Positions 45,840 through 59,126 of a stretch of DNA of 64,000 nucleotides are shown here, in pieces. Below the pieces are notes generated by a model. It searched no databases. It saw only the letters and a program-made list of their open reading frames with translations, and had not been told where the DNA came from. The translations under genes and the position numbers were made by a program. This stretch comes from Eledone cirrhosa. Taxonomy: Eukaryota. Position 1 is the stretch's first letter. Each line of letters starts with the position of its first letter. The stretch lies in the NCBI GenBank assembly GCA_964016885.1, contig OZ024740.1, positions 401,016,001 through 401,080,000 of the forward strand, read 5' to 3'.

Positions 45840-46630
45840 CTAAATTGAAACAATTCAATTTAGGGCCTGGACTTCAGCTCTCCTGTTCATTATTTTCATG
45901 AACAGGTTTGACAAGCGTACTTGGGTTGGAGGTGGTAACATCACTGGCATGTGTAGAATCAGTCGGCTGAAATTTTGCAAACGACATGATATTACTTAAC
46001 TCAACAGAAGGCGATCTCTCATTCGCAATTGATAGGTTTGATGCCGAGTGCTACATGGCTAGAATGAAAATTAGTGCTGCAAAAACTGAGACATTCATTA
46101 AGAAAACTTACGCAGTGCATTCTACACAAGAAGGAGTTCCACATATGCAGATCAAGAAGTTCGTGTATTTCGGGGCAGTGTGCACGAGTGATGGAAGGCT
46201 GGTGGCTGAATTATTGCAAGAATTGCAGGAGCTGGTGTAGCAATACACTAGTTTCAGCATTCGGCCATCTGAGTGTGAGAAGGTATAAAAGACAAATTCG
46301 CTATCCTTTATGTGGTAACACTTACATATGATCATGAATCTTGGGTAATGACCGAAAGAATACAATCGCAAATATAAGTGGCCGAAATGGGGTTCCTAGG
46401 AAGGGACATTAGGGTAACGTGACTCGATAGAGTGCGTAGCTCGGAGATCAGAGATTCACTCTAGGTTTGGCTGCTACTTCTCCGCATTGAGAGATGACAG
46501 CTTCGATTCTATGAATATGTAGTTAGAATGTTTCAGGAAAGAAGAATCTCTGGACAGATTTTATGGACAGAACCAACCGGCAGGAAACCTTGAGCCAGGT
46601 GGTTGTATAACATCCATGATCTCAGCTGGT
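45840..46630 (+). mobile_element. Decayed RTE-clade LINE (same family as 32683-34635)
   Basis: FANDMILL...MKISAAKTE and AEMGFLGR fragments; ACATCCATGATCTCAGCTGG matches the other copy. Confidence 0.7.
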
Positions 46631-47150
46631 TTCGCTTATATATGAAAAAAATATGAAAAAAAAAACAAAAGCTCAAAACAATCCATTTATTCACAAGTTT
46701 TATAGACAGAGTGGATTGCAATAGAACATATGTGTGTGGGTATTTGTAAATATCCTTGTAGGGGAGATAAAACGATTTTTAGATATTTTAACTGTGTTAA
46801 GCCTGATTGTGGATTTACAAACTAAAGCTATCATTTTCTATAGCAAAGGGATTGTGCATTAATCTAGACTCATTCCGATAATATTGTATCTACAAAAGAT
46901 AGTCAATTTATTGGGGTGTTTACTACGCCATCTTGTGGGGCCGATTAGAAAAAAATACATGTAAACAGATCAGATAGGAGGTACTGTTAGCAAGTGACAA
47001 ACAGCAGGTGACGAAGCGATATCTATAAAACGAAGTGATAACTGAAGATGTGGAAGATATTGCTGTCACCACACCCACAGATTTTATACATTGCAGCGAA
47101 CGTAGTTATCACCCTTCTTCCGTTTCTCTTCTCAATCTATTTATTTTACT

Positions 47151-47220
<70 letters not shown>

Positions 47221-47236
47221 TTGTATATATATATAT

Positions 47237-47268
<32 letters not shown>

Positions 47269-47269
<1 letters not shown>

Positions 47270-47980
47270 CAAGAAAAATAGTACAGCATAATCGAAGCTC
47301 TGGTTGCGGGCAAGCTAACGAATGCTGTCGGGAAGTGCAGCCAAAAGCACTCAATAAAGAATTTTACCTTAGAGTTATAACATTACGTTTAGACAGCTAT
47401 GCAAATTGAAGCCAGCGACCGAAAAGCGAGCCGCTAGGACCAGAACTACGAAAAAACCGACTCAGGGAAAAGTTTGACAGTTACCTGGACCATCATCATG
47501 GACATATTACACAAAACTATACAATATCTCCACTAGGTTTCTGTAAATTCGAAATCAACAAAATCCATTTGCAGGGGCCTGCAAGTTAATTGGACTTTGG
47601 AAGATAGAACAGTGGAATTTACTTCATCAACAAGGTTTCGTTCTGCCTCCACCGGTTGCAAGAACTAGTAGCAAACACTGCTCGTAGTCACGTGGTTTCT
47701 CCAAGGGATGTAACCCCCGGTTTTGGCGGTAAAATTTAAAATTTGAACAAAGGATTTAAATCCTTTACACAAACCGAATGAAAGCTCTCGACTACATGTT
47801 ATTAAACAAACATAAACAATTAACCTATCAATAGAATTGTCTAATTAAATTAATTAATTAATCATTAAATCTAGTAGATAATAATACAAGAAAGTAGTAC
47901 AGCATAATCGAAACTCTGGTTGCAGCCAAGCTAACGAATGCTGACGGGAAGTGCAGCCAAAAGCACTCAATAAGGAATTA
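47269..47980. mobile_element. Family L: ~95-nt direct terminal repeats around ~520 nt, in (TA)n
   Basis: 47269-47363 is repeated at 47885-47980. Confidence 0.6.
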
Positions 47981-48003
47981 TATATATATATATATATATA
48001 TAT

Positions 48004-48187
48004 AAGGAAGGAAATGTGGTAAGGAACCAGGTGGACTATAACGTACCAAAGTACTCAATACATAGGGTAGTAGAGTGGGTAATAGGAACCAGTAAGACCC
48101 CGACGGCTGAGCTCAAGCCGTTTCGACGGCTAATTCAGAATTAGCTGTCGAAACGGCTTGAGCTCAGCCGTCGGGGTCTTACTGGTT

Positions 48188-48190
<3 letters not shown>
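48004..48190. mobile_element. Family D copy 3
   Basis: Tail plus palindrome centred ~48137. Confidence 0.8.
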
Positions 48191-48225
<35 letters not shown>

Positions 48226-48231
<6 letters not shown>

Positions 48232-48910
48232 ATGGAATACTATTAGCTTCTCGCTAAAACAATTTCTATAGCTTTCATTTATATTTATACTCGGATTTTT
48301 TTCCTTGAGTGCTTAAATTATCTGTGACTAATCCCGGTTTTTTTAATAAAAACTGCGATAATATTGCTGTTTGCTGAGCTCCTTTTGTAGATTTTTTTTT
48401 CGGAATGTATTTGACTGTTATTTCTTGTAAACAAACATTCATTTCATTCTGACGTCACTAGCCATGTTTTTCCTCATGTGCGTTTTTCATAATCACGCAT
48501 GATGGTGAACTAGCCAGTTTTAGAATTCCCTTTTTGGCCTGTAATTCTGTGGGAGCTCTGGTTATCTGTTGAGCTCTGCTGACGATTGAAATCCAACCGT
48601 GACCATCTCCACTCAAAGTTTTCAAGAAATAGTCTTTAAGACTATACAGAGCATTTGATGTTTTTCCAAATTGAAGGATAAGTACTTTAGACTTTATTTT
48701 ATCATGAGTTAAGGGTCTATTGATTCTTCCTTGGATTTCACTAAATTCTGTGGATGAATTTGTATCCTGATTCTCTTTTGAGATGAGTTTGAATTATTTT
48801 TCCTACATCTTACGTTAACTATTTTTCCCATCTTCACGACATAGTCGCATATATGTTATGGAATACTGTTAGCTTCTTGCTAAAACAATTTCTATACCTT
48901 TCATTTATAT
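48226..48910. mobile_element. Family M: ~56-nt direct terminal repeats, period ~626 nt, in (TA)n
   Basis: gttatggaatact.ttagcttct.gctaaaacaatttctata.ctttcattt at 48229 and 48855. Confidence 0.55.
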
Positions 48911-48916
48911 ATATAT

Positions 48917-49015
<99 letters not shown>

Positions 49016-49070
49016 CAAATATGCGTATATATATATATATATATGCGCATATATATATATATATATATAT

Positions 49071-49254
49071 ACGTTATTCCGGGTTGAATCGGAGGTAACC
49101 ACAGTAAGTAAGGTACTCAATACATAGCAGAGTATAACAGTTTTAATATAGATGAGATTCTACAGGACTAGAACTGTTTCATTCATTAGAAATCATCAGG
49201 ATGATTTCTAATGAATGAAACAGTTCTAGTCCTGTAGAATCTCATCTATATTAA

Positions 49255-49257
<3 letters not shown>
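49071..49257. mobile_element. Fold-back element family I with hammerhead core
   Basis: Perfect palindrome centred ~49199; minus strand CTGATGA-tttctaatgaat-GAAA-cagttctag-TC-ctgtag. Confidence 0.75.
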
Positions 49258-49315
<58 letters not shown>

Positions 49316-49345
49316 CAAATATGCGTATATATATATATATATATA

Positions 49346-49394
<49 letters not shown>

Positions 49395-49396
<2 letters not shown>

Positions 49397-49586
49397 GAAA
49401 ATGTTTGACCCCGACGGCAGAGCTCAAGCCGATTCGACAGCTATTTCTGAGTCCAGAAATAGCCGTCAAAACGGCTTGAGCTCTGCCGTGGGGTCAAACA
49501 TTTCCTATTACCCACTCTACTACCCTAAGTATTGAGTACTCTGGTGCGTTATGGTCCACCTGGTTCCTTACCACACATCCTTCGTT
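49395..49586. mobile_element. Family D copy 4
   Basis: Palindrome centred ~49451 plus right-hand tail. Confidence 0.8.
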
Positions 49587-49685
49587 ATATATATATATAT
49601 ATATATATATAGTTTAATAAATGCACAGAGAACAAAAAAGCAGAGCGGCAGTACAAATGATATTGTTTTTAGTTTCACGCTAGAT

Positions 49686-49722
<37 letters not shown>

Positions 49723-49724
49723 AA

Positions 49725-49806
<82 letters not shown>

Positions 49807-50284
49807 TAATATTGATATGTCCACCACGTGAATAATACCTATGCATTTCTTAACACGTAATTGATACGTAATGATAAATACTCAGAAATGGAACTATAAT
49901 ATTTTAAGTGGATATGAATATGAGTATTGTGATATGATAAATATATAGAGGCAGAGAGGGGAGAGAAGTGTTAGATAAATATATAGAGGCAGAGAGGGGA
50001 GAGAAGTGTTAGATAAATATAACTATCACTTTCCTGCTCTCTTTCTTTACCTCTCTCTATATAATAGGCACACACAATATATATACATGTGTGTAGTTCA
50101 GTGAATTACTGGTGGTGGTAGCAATGTGATCACTCGATGCATAGCCAGAGTGTATAAATTAAGAAAAAGATTATTGTACATAACCTCTGTGGGGGATCCT
50201 AATCCAATCCTCAGTGAAACATACGATACTGGTCGATACAAAATAGAAACCTAAGTACATGAAAACGAAACTTCATCGTTTATC

Positions 50285-50335
<51 letters not shown>

Positions 50336-50379
50336 TGTGTGTGCGTGTTCGTGTGTGAGTGTGTTTATATATATATATA

Positions 50380-50710
50380 TGGTGTTCTGAAATAGCGATG
50401 TATATATGAATGTATGTAGAGTATATTTGATAATTGTTTTTACTTTTGGCACAAATTATTCCAGTGTATTACTGGTACTTTATTTTATCGACCCCGTAAG
50501 GATGAAAGGCAAAGTTAACCACGGCGAGATGTGAACTCAGACCATACATGGCATAACTCTATGCTGCAAAGCATAGTGTCCGACCCTCTGCCGATACTGC
50601 CAATCCACCGCCCTTTGGTAATATACTGTATGTTTAATTAAAAACATTTTGAAGACGATTCGCTATTAATTTTAAAGTAGTGACTATGTCATTTACTTAT
50701 ACATTATCCT
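50380..50710. mobile_element. Old family C fragment interrupted by a SINE family 1 copy (50430-50613, minus)
   Basis: Flanks align to ~7607-7735. Confidence 0.65.
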
Positions 50711-51014
50711 CAACAAGAAAAAGCAATAAAATAGAACGCATTATACCGGACCTCGGAAAGGTATTTTTTATTCGCTCTGCCCTCGACTCATTTAGTACAA
50801 TTTTTCAGTTTAATGTTTTAATGTCACTACTAAATAACTATCACGCTATGATATATAGAAGATTGACGGTGGAAACTTGCTGAAAGAAATGAAACACTGT
50901 GAGGTCAAATGGCAAATGGTTAGTAAACTGAAGTATTCTGAGGGGAAGTCATAAAAGTGGTGAGAAGAATTAGCTTTAGAGAAATAAAGATAAATAATGA
51001 AAACAGTAAAAATA

Positions 51015-52462
51015 AATGTTTTTACATTTGGCACAAGGCCAGCAATTATTCCACTGTATTACTGGTACTTTATTTTATCAACCCCGTAAGGATGAAAGGC
51101 GAAGTTAACCTAGGCGGGATTTGAACTCAGACCATAAAGGGCCTTAATTCTATGCTGCAAATATGGCGTCAGATCCTCTAGAGTTTCTACTTTTGGCACA
51201 ATGCCAGTGCCTCACAGATACTTTATTTTATCGACCTCGTAAGGAAGAACGGCAAAGTTAACCTCGGCGGATTTGAACTCAGAACGTAAAGGGCTTTCAT
51301 TCTATGCTGCAAAGCATGGTGTCTGAAGCTCAACCGATACTGCCAAACCACCGAAAACAGTAAAAATAATAACAGTAAGTTATTTTCTATTTGGACATGT
51401 CTATGTGAGTGAATAAATATGTATATTCAGAGAAGGAAAATGAGAAAACATTATAGCTATTAGGGGAATTTGAAAATATGAAAACCTGTTAACATAAATT
51501 ATGTTCTCTCTCACACACACAATCAAACAGACACATACACTCACATATGCACATGTTTACATACTCATAGAGAAACACGCTCACAGATCTTCCTCTATAT
51601 TATCCAAAGAATTCTTCGTGTTTTCAAAACAAATTTTCGTATAAGGCATATTTGACTATTATATCTACCACATCGAGCAACTATATAGAGGGTTCTGTGT
51701 TTACTATTCCATTCATTTGCTTAATCGTTGTTCAAGATCAGGTTTGATCTAATTGAGGTAAAAGCGATCCTGTAGTGATCATTCCGAATTTTTTTATATC
51801 TATAATATTATCCAACCTGAGATTAGTAAGATGGAGATTAATACATATGTATGTATGCATGTATGCTTGGTAAGGAGGGTGATATTTGGACACCCTGTGG
51901 GATGAAATACAAGACCCGGCAAAGGCCGGAGGAACTCAGCAGAGTCAACGGCCATCCAAGTACTTTTTTTTCCACCAGGGAGTGAAAGGCCTGCAGTTGT
52001 TGTCACAACACCTTTCTAGGAGGGACACTCTGAAATAAACCTGTGCCTCTGGAAGCATCCAACGGTGTTGACCAGTTCCTCTTTTCGGGTAGAGTTTTCG
52101 ATGCTCAGAGAGTGGGATTGGTCGAGTGCAAGGCTTTTCTCCACTTAAAAAATCTTCAAAGCACAGGCATTGCTTGTTCAGGATCTGTTACAGGTTCGTG
52201 TGGCTGGCCGTAGCCTAAAAGTGCACCAAACTCTACAATCTAACAAGCGATTGCAATACTCTTAGCAGAGTTTGCAGCCATCATGTAAGTATGCATGTAT
52301 GTATGTACGTATGTATAGGCGGCAAATTGGCAGTCAGATAGAATGTTTATGGTATTCGTTCCGGATCTCTGCTCTCTGAGTTCAAATCCTGCCGAGGTCA
52401 ACTTTACCTTTCATCCTTTCGAGGTCGATACAAAATAGTACCAGTATAGTACTGGGGTGGAT
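51015..52462. mobile_element. SINE family 1 copies at 51015-51180(-), 51183-51352(-) and 52318-52462(+)
   Basis: Same core as other family 1 copies. Confidence 0.75.
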
Positions 52463-53349
52463 TCTTCATCTATATCCGTTTCTCACTTCCTCTCTCTCAC
52501 TTTCTATCTTTCTCTGGAATAAATCTGCTGTGCTCAGGCCTGGAGAAGGAGGGGCTCCGCCAGGCTTAAAATTCGCAAGAAACGCCATATGCCAATACGG
52601 TGCCCCTACGACTGTATCAGAACTTGCGGGACCATACATACATATATACATGTATGTATTTATGTATGTATGTATTTATGTATATATTATATATGTATGT
52701 CTCTCTCTCTGCATATATACATATATATATAGGTGTATGTATGTATGAATGTATATATATATGTATGAATTTATGTGTAAATACACCCTAGTTTTGTTAT
52801 CATTTCATATAGCCGATAAAAGGATCGTCACGGGTTATTACATAGCCCTGAAGTTGATCATGATTTAAATGTAAATACCAAGCGAAGTGAGATCAATTCT
52901 TACGTTGATTTAAATAACTCACAGATATCTTAGTACACTTTCTGATAATAGCGCTGGTATTACTTGTCGTGTTGTTGTTATGAATGTTGGCTATGATCGT
53001 AAAAGCGAAATCCCACATGGTGTAAAGTATTTTTTCAGTAATCCGGTCTGAATAATGCTACGCTACGTTGGCGAGTAAAATATGTTTTACTTATATATAA
53101 CAGAATAAAATAAACCAGTTATTCCTCTAGGCGGTTTAGGTGGGTGAAAATTGTATAGGAAAACATACAAAAACACACTTTTGATGTTTTATGCCTGAAC
53201 GTCCGATGTCGAATTTGACACGTTGTATGCAACATGTATGTATGTATGTATGTATGTATGTATGTATGTATGTATGTATGTATAAATATATATATATATG
53301 TGTGTGTGCGTGTTTGTGTGTGTGTATGAATATATATATATATAAATAA

Positions 53350-53404
<55 letters not shown>

Positions 53405-54090
53405 TAAAAAAATAATGAATAAAACAATGAAACAGTTCCTTATATTAAACAAAAAAAGTTCATTATTTAACGATCGTTTCTAGGATATATATGTGTTAGA
53501 ATTGGCATGCATATTCAACAGATCTATGTACAAAATTATACAAAATTATACAAACTATCAAAATTAAATATACATACCCAACACATATATATGCCGTCTT
53601 CAGAAATAATGAAATATATTTATTGATAATAACAACAATTCAAAATTTCAGGTCCGTTTGGGAACAGAGTTCAAATTGACCAATGAGAATACAAAAAATT
53701 TTATGCAGTTTGGTGTGTGTATATACATGTAATTAACTTCATACACATATTTACATAAAGATATATGTTCACATGCATACGCATGCCAAAAAGATGTATG
53801 CAAATACAAAAATTCAAGGCTAATGTCTCTGTAAGTCTATAATCCACAGATAAAATGCGTATAGACACATAAATATGAAATAAATGTATACACACATTCA
53901 TATACTCACACATATTCGTACACTCACACACACACGCGCGTATATGCATAAACATACACATAACTACGAACATACATACACACACACACCCCCACACACA
54001 TATATATGTGCATATAGTATTATCATAAGCATATGGACATTAATGCACGCACATAAACACTGCCACACATATTTAGATCAGGATACAGAA

Positions 54091-54147
<57 letters not shown>

Positions 54148-56424
54148 CGCATATTTTGTTGTTTAGTCTCATGTCAACCATGATCAAGCATACCACTTTT
54201 ATGCACGTAGTTGTTTCATTCCACATAACCCTTGCTTTGGATTACATGGAGAAAACCTGTACATGCTCTCGACATGCCAGAACTAATAGCAAATCTTATC
54301 CTTACCGCAATAGAATTGATGAATATACTGATTAACTGTGTAATGGTTTCAATAAGGAAGTAGAGAATTTAAGATGGTTAGGAACAGACCAAAGATCGGA
54401 GGATAAGTTTAATCAAAGAAGCACGCAGCAGCTGTATGTGTTACTGTTGTTGTAGATGTTATTTATTATCCTGAGATCAATCTGTATTATGCAAACATAT
54501 GATTAGAGAACATCCATGTAGGACTACCTCGTCTTTTAAGGGCTCTAGAACTTTATTATCCTTAAATTCCTTTCTAGCTTGGTCCAAGAATTATTCTACT
54601 GCTAGATTTGCAGCTCAAAAAATGACCTATGTATTGTCTTATTAGCTCTAGCTTAGTCACAGGTCAGCCTAGATGCAATAGATTCATTTATTTTATTATG
54701 TATGGAAATACATTACCTAATATGCCCATCCTCTTCTTCTACAGCAATGTCAGATTTGAAAGAATATGACTGCTATCACTAGCAGATTAAGTGACTGGAT
54801 AGATTGGCCCTCATCGGCTCGGTGTTAAAAAAGACTGGTGATGGCAGTATGGATCTGTTTGTTGCTGGGTGGTAGAATACATTGATGGTAGGTTGGAAAG
54901 AATATCTCTGTATTTGACAACACTGGAAATAGCGTTAGGCTGGAAGAAATCTGCTAAGAACAAATAGCAAAATGATTTTTGTCAAGTGGTGTTTGTATCA
55001 TTTGACATGTGTTAGAGTGTAAGGTGACACTATATTTTCTGATTCATGCATGTATGTGTGGATGGTCTTACTTTTTTATATACGTGTACGTATGTAAGTA
55101 CTTACATATGTTTATGTACACTTGGCTACTCCCCCACACACACATACATACATATATATATGTGTGTTTATGTATATTTGTATGTATATGTATGTGCGTA
55201 TGTATAGGCCTGTATTTCGCTGTGATTATAGACACATATAAACTCAAACATACACACACTCATATATATATTCGTATGTATGTGTGTATATATGTTTGTT
55301 TGTATGTATGTAGGTATGTAGGTATGTATGTAAAAGCACACACACAGACGCACACATACACACACACACAAACACATACAAACACACACATGCACACATG
55401 CACGCACAACCACGCATACACACACATCTTTATTTATAATATATATATTGGTAAATTTAAAAACTTTGATAAATGTTGGCAAGTATTGGCCCAGGTCATG
55501 TCTAAGTTAATAGCACCTTTTACATATTTTTGCCACTTTTAAGTTTCACGACCATAGCTAAGGTTAGATATGAACACTGAATTGAAGATAGCGAGTTTGA
55601 CTTTTACACCTACCTCCTTTCTACAGATAACTGAGGGCTGAAGCTTGTACATTACTGCAGCAGCTCCAAAAATTATTGCATTAATTCAGCTTCCAGCACT
55701 AGTAAAAACGCCCCCTAGATATTCTTCCACTATCATGCAGGGTGCACTATGTAGGCTTTCATGAGCTGACGAGTGTTTCAGTTATCACAGCACAGATTTT
55801 CCTTAGAAGTTACCATAGGAATTACCTAAAAATCAGATTTACTTTGGTATCTGTGATATCCTTGGACATCCACTCAGAACGGATGGGTGAGGATCGAAAA
55901 TTGTTTGTCTGTATGGTCTAATTGGATTTACATAATTTTCCTACGCAACAAACTACTTCATCTAAGATTGCTTTTATATAAACCAATGTCACCTTTTCTT
56001 TTATTATCTCTGACATTCTATAGTGTTGCATTAATTATCTCCCCTTCTTTACCCACACCTTTCTCTTTCACTTCACATAGGTCAAGGTCATGTTTCTCTA
56101 CCGATAAGGCCACCTGTCTTCACTTTGGCGTTATTTTCCTTCACGTTACAGCCATCTAAGGTAGTTCCTCTCGGGTGTCACTCTATTTACTAGTTTATCT
56201 ACTGCTAATTTTGTGATAACAAAATTATTTTGCCAAGTCATTCACTCTTTGCCTTGTCTAATTCCGAACAACCGATGTGATAATTTTCCTTGTGGCTTGG
56301 GTATATACTTAGCATTAGTAGTCACCATTCTAAATACCGAAAATTCGGATTTCTTTTGATACCTTAGACAACCATGCTCAGAACGTATTACTGAATGTCG
56401 GAAATGGCTTGTTTATATTATCTA

Positions 56425-56775
56425 ATTGTTTATATTATCTACAAGACTCCCGATGACAAGCGCCAACCTTGTTGCTAATACCTTGGTCAAAATGTTTAAC
56501 TCTGCGTACAGCAGAGATGTGGGCCTGAAATTATCTACGCTGTCTCCATTGTTCGGTTCCCTTTTCAGCAGTGCCACCCTTCCTCGCCTCACAGAACTGG
56601 GAATTCTCCTGTTGTGCTGCCAGTTGCTGTAGACATCTGCCAATAGGTCACCGAACAAGTGTGGCATGTATACGTAAAGCTCGTAGTGAAGACCACCCAA
56701 AACAGGCGATGTACTCCTCACGCAGCTAGGGGCACACCCCGAGCAAATGGTTGGATAACATCTAGGAGCCTGGAG
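56425..56775 (-). mobile_element. L1/Tx1-like RT fragment
   Basis: SPVLGGLHYELY...RVALLKR...NFRPTSLLYAELNILTKVLATRL. Confidence 0.7.
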
Positions 56776-56778
56776 ATC

Positions 56779-56955
56779 AAGAAGAAGAAGAAGAAGAAGA
56801 AGAAGAAGAAGAAGAAGAAGAAGAAGAAGAAGAAGAAGAAGAAGAAGAAGAAGAAGAAGAAGAAGAAGAAGAAGAAGAAGAAGAAGAAGAAGAAGAAGAA
56901 GAAGAAGAAGAAGAAGAAGAAGAAGAAGAAGAAGAAGAAGAAGAAGAAGAAGAAA
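56779..56955. repeat. (GAA)n microsatellite
   Basis: Direct reading. Confidence 0.95.
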
Positions 56956-57434
56956 TAGATAAAGGAGCGGAAATTAATGGCTTTATGTGAAGCATATTAA
57001 TTTCAGAATTAAATTGATCTTCTTGATCCGTGTGTTGACCCACTGAATGTTATAATAAATTCACAAGAAGGGAGCCTGGTTCAAAGACGAGAAAAACATA
57101 AAAGAATATCACGGTGTCATATTTTAAATTTAATGCGGATATATACTGCTTCTTTAGTTTACATACATACAATACATCAAATTTTACATACAAACATACA
57201 CAAACGTACATAGAGGGTTTATTTTAAAAAGAACTATATATGAATATGTATATGTATATGCAAGTACGTGTATGGTTGTTTTTGTATATGTGAACGTAGG
57301 GCTACAAGTGTATTATCACCTTCACATGCAAGACTTTAAATATGTTAGATAGATTAACAGCATCAAAGTATTTTTCGTAAAGTATCATTTTTCCTTTTTC
57401 AATCAACTTTAAAACAAGTGACTTATTTTTTCTG

Positions 57435-57483
<49 letters not shown>

Positions 57484-57501
57484 TCATATCAAAAACCTTG
57501 C

Positions 57502-57534
<33 letters not shown>

Positions 57535-57637
57535 TATATAATGTGTGTGTGTGTGTGTGTGTAAGTATGTTTCAGCTGTGTTAGGGCGAGAAATTAAATT
57601 GTAATTTTATTTATATACATACACATATATATATATA

Positions 57638-57713
57638 GAGGTTGTCCCCAAAGTATGTATGCATACTTCAACAGTATACTCAAAGTATGTAAACATTTTT
57701 TGGGGACACCCTG
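57638..57713. mobile_element. Tiny Tc1/mariner-type MITE
   Basis: Imperfect TIRs CAGGGTGTCCCCAAA / GAGGTTGTCCCCAAA flanked by TA. Confidence 0.6.
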
Positions 57714-57889
57714 TATATATATATATATATTTATATATGTGTGTGTAGGAATGTATGTATGTATGTATGTAAGTGTTTGTACGTATATATTTCGTTTAAG
57801 CATGTATTAAAATCACAATTATTCAATTTTTTATTTATTTTCTGTTCATCTTCAACCACAATAACACCTGGTGGTGTAGTAGTTGTTGT

Positions 57890-57998
57890 TGTTGATGGTG
57901 TTTTTGGTAGTGATGATGATGGTGGTGGTGTCTTTGGCAGTGATGATGATGGTGGTGGTGTCTTTGGCAGTGATGATGTTGGTGGTGTTGATTTTGGC
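57890..57998. repeat. 30-bp minisatellite, about 3.5 units
   Basis: ggtggtggtgtctttggcagtgatgatgat repeated. Confidence 0.85.
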
Positions 57999-58900
57999 AG
58001 GAATGTTCTGCTTTCCATTGCAATCATTATACTTTTTATTGGATAATTTCAACATTTGACTGAAAAATAGTATATATACATATATACATTGACACACGCA
58101 CACAAGCACGCACATATGAAAGCACACACACACACACACACACACATATATTTATATTTATATATATATATGTATATATATATATGCATATATATATATT
58201 GTAGAGTGATCTTTTAAAGAATATCCAAAGTTAGAAGATCACCGAATCCATGGGACGAGTTCTCATATACATATGTTTATGACACTAAATATGCACTCCT
58301 TTTGGTACAAATATTTTTTCGGATGCCTCTTCCAGCACCCCACACCTCAGTCATAACATGAAGCCAAGAGAAGCTGCGGGATTTTGGTCTGACACAGAAA
58401 TATCTGACATAGATCGACAAAGACACATGTGTACCTTAATAAAAGCATAGTCAAGGTTGTGGAAAAATCTGATGCATAGATGTTGGTGTATAGTTATGTA
58501 AGTATGTATGTATGTATAATTATAAATGTGGATACATATTGTATTGTTTGTGTGTAAACAGTGAAATGCATTACTTTCAAACATATTGTATTAAAATTTT
58601 GACTGTGTTTACATTTTAAACTTTCTACTACAGATATCTTATATTCCCTTATTAGTTCATTATGTTTGGATTCGACCAACTTACCTCACATTTACTGCAG
58701 GGCAGCAGCTCAATCACTTCCCACGAATTTCTCTATAGTCGAAATGAAAGACGTTCACGCGAGCTTGGCCGAAGACCAAATGATGTATTCTCAATCTATG
58801 TATCATGCGACCGTTTGAACAATAACTACATCTCGAAGAAGAGTGAAAGAGAGAAAGAGAGGGATATGAGAGAGAGGGAGAGAGAGTGATAGAGAGAGAG

Positions 58901-58940
<40 letters not shown>

Positions 58941-58942
<2 letters not shown>

Positions 58943-59064
58943 AGGGAGTGTAACTTGGAGTTACTGTAGGTTCACCTGGGTGAGCACTCGATGTTTAGAT
59001 TCACTTCAGTGTCGATGTGTAGATCTAGACTGAGTGTATTATAGTGAAATAAGATTTCACTATA
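58941..59064. mobile_element. Tail-only PLE-type insertion with 11-bp fold-back end
   Basis: Ends in tatagtgaaat-aag-atttcactata; in (TA)n; carries the GCACTCGAT tail motif. Confidence 0.4.
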
Positions 59065-59066
59065 TA

Positions 59067-59123
<57 letters not shown>

Positions 59124-59126
<3 letters not shown>

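Noticed and set aside
47936-47975. CTGACGG...AAAAgcacTC in the family L repeat as a hammerhead
   Set aside because: Two core mismatches and no stem I; the other repeat copy is worse
48575-48600. CTGACGA-tt-GAAA string
   Set aside because: No stem III or stem I pairing found
49935-50020. 38-bp tandem duplication
   Set aside because: Ordinary local duplication in GA-rich sequence
57890-57998. CRISPR-like array
   Set aside because: Head-to-tail 30-mers without spacers, in eukaryotic DNA with no cas genes
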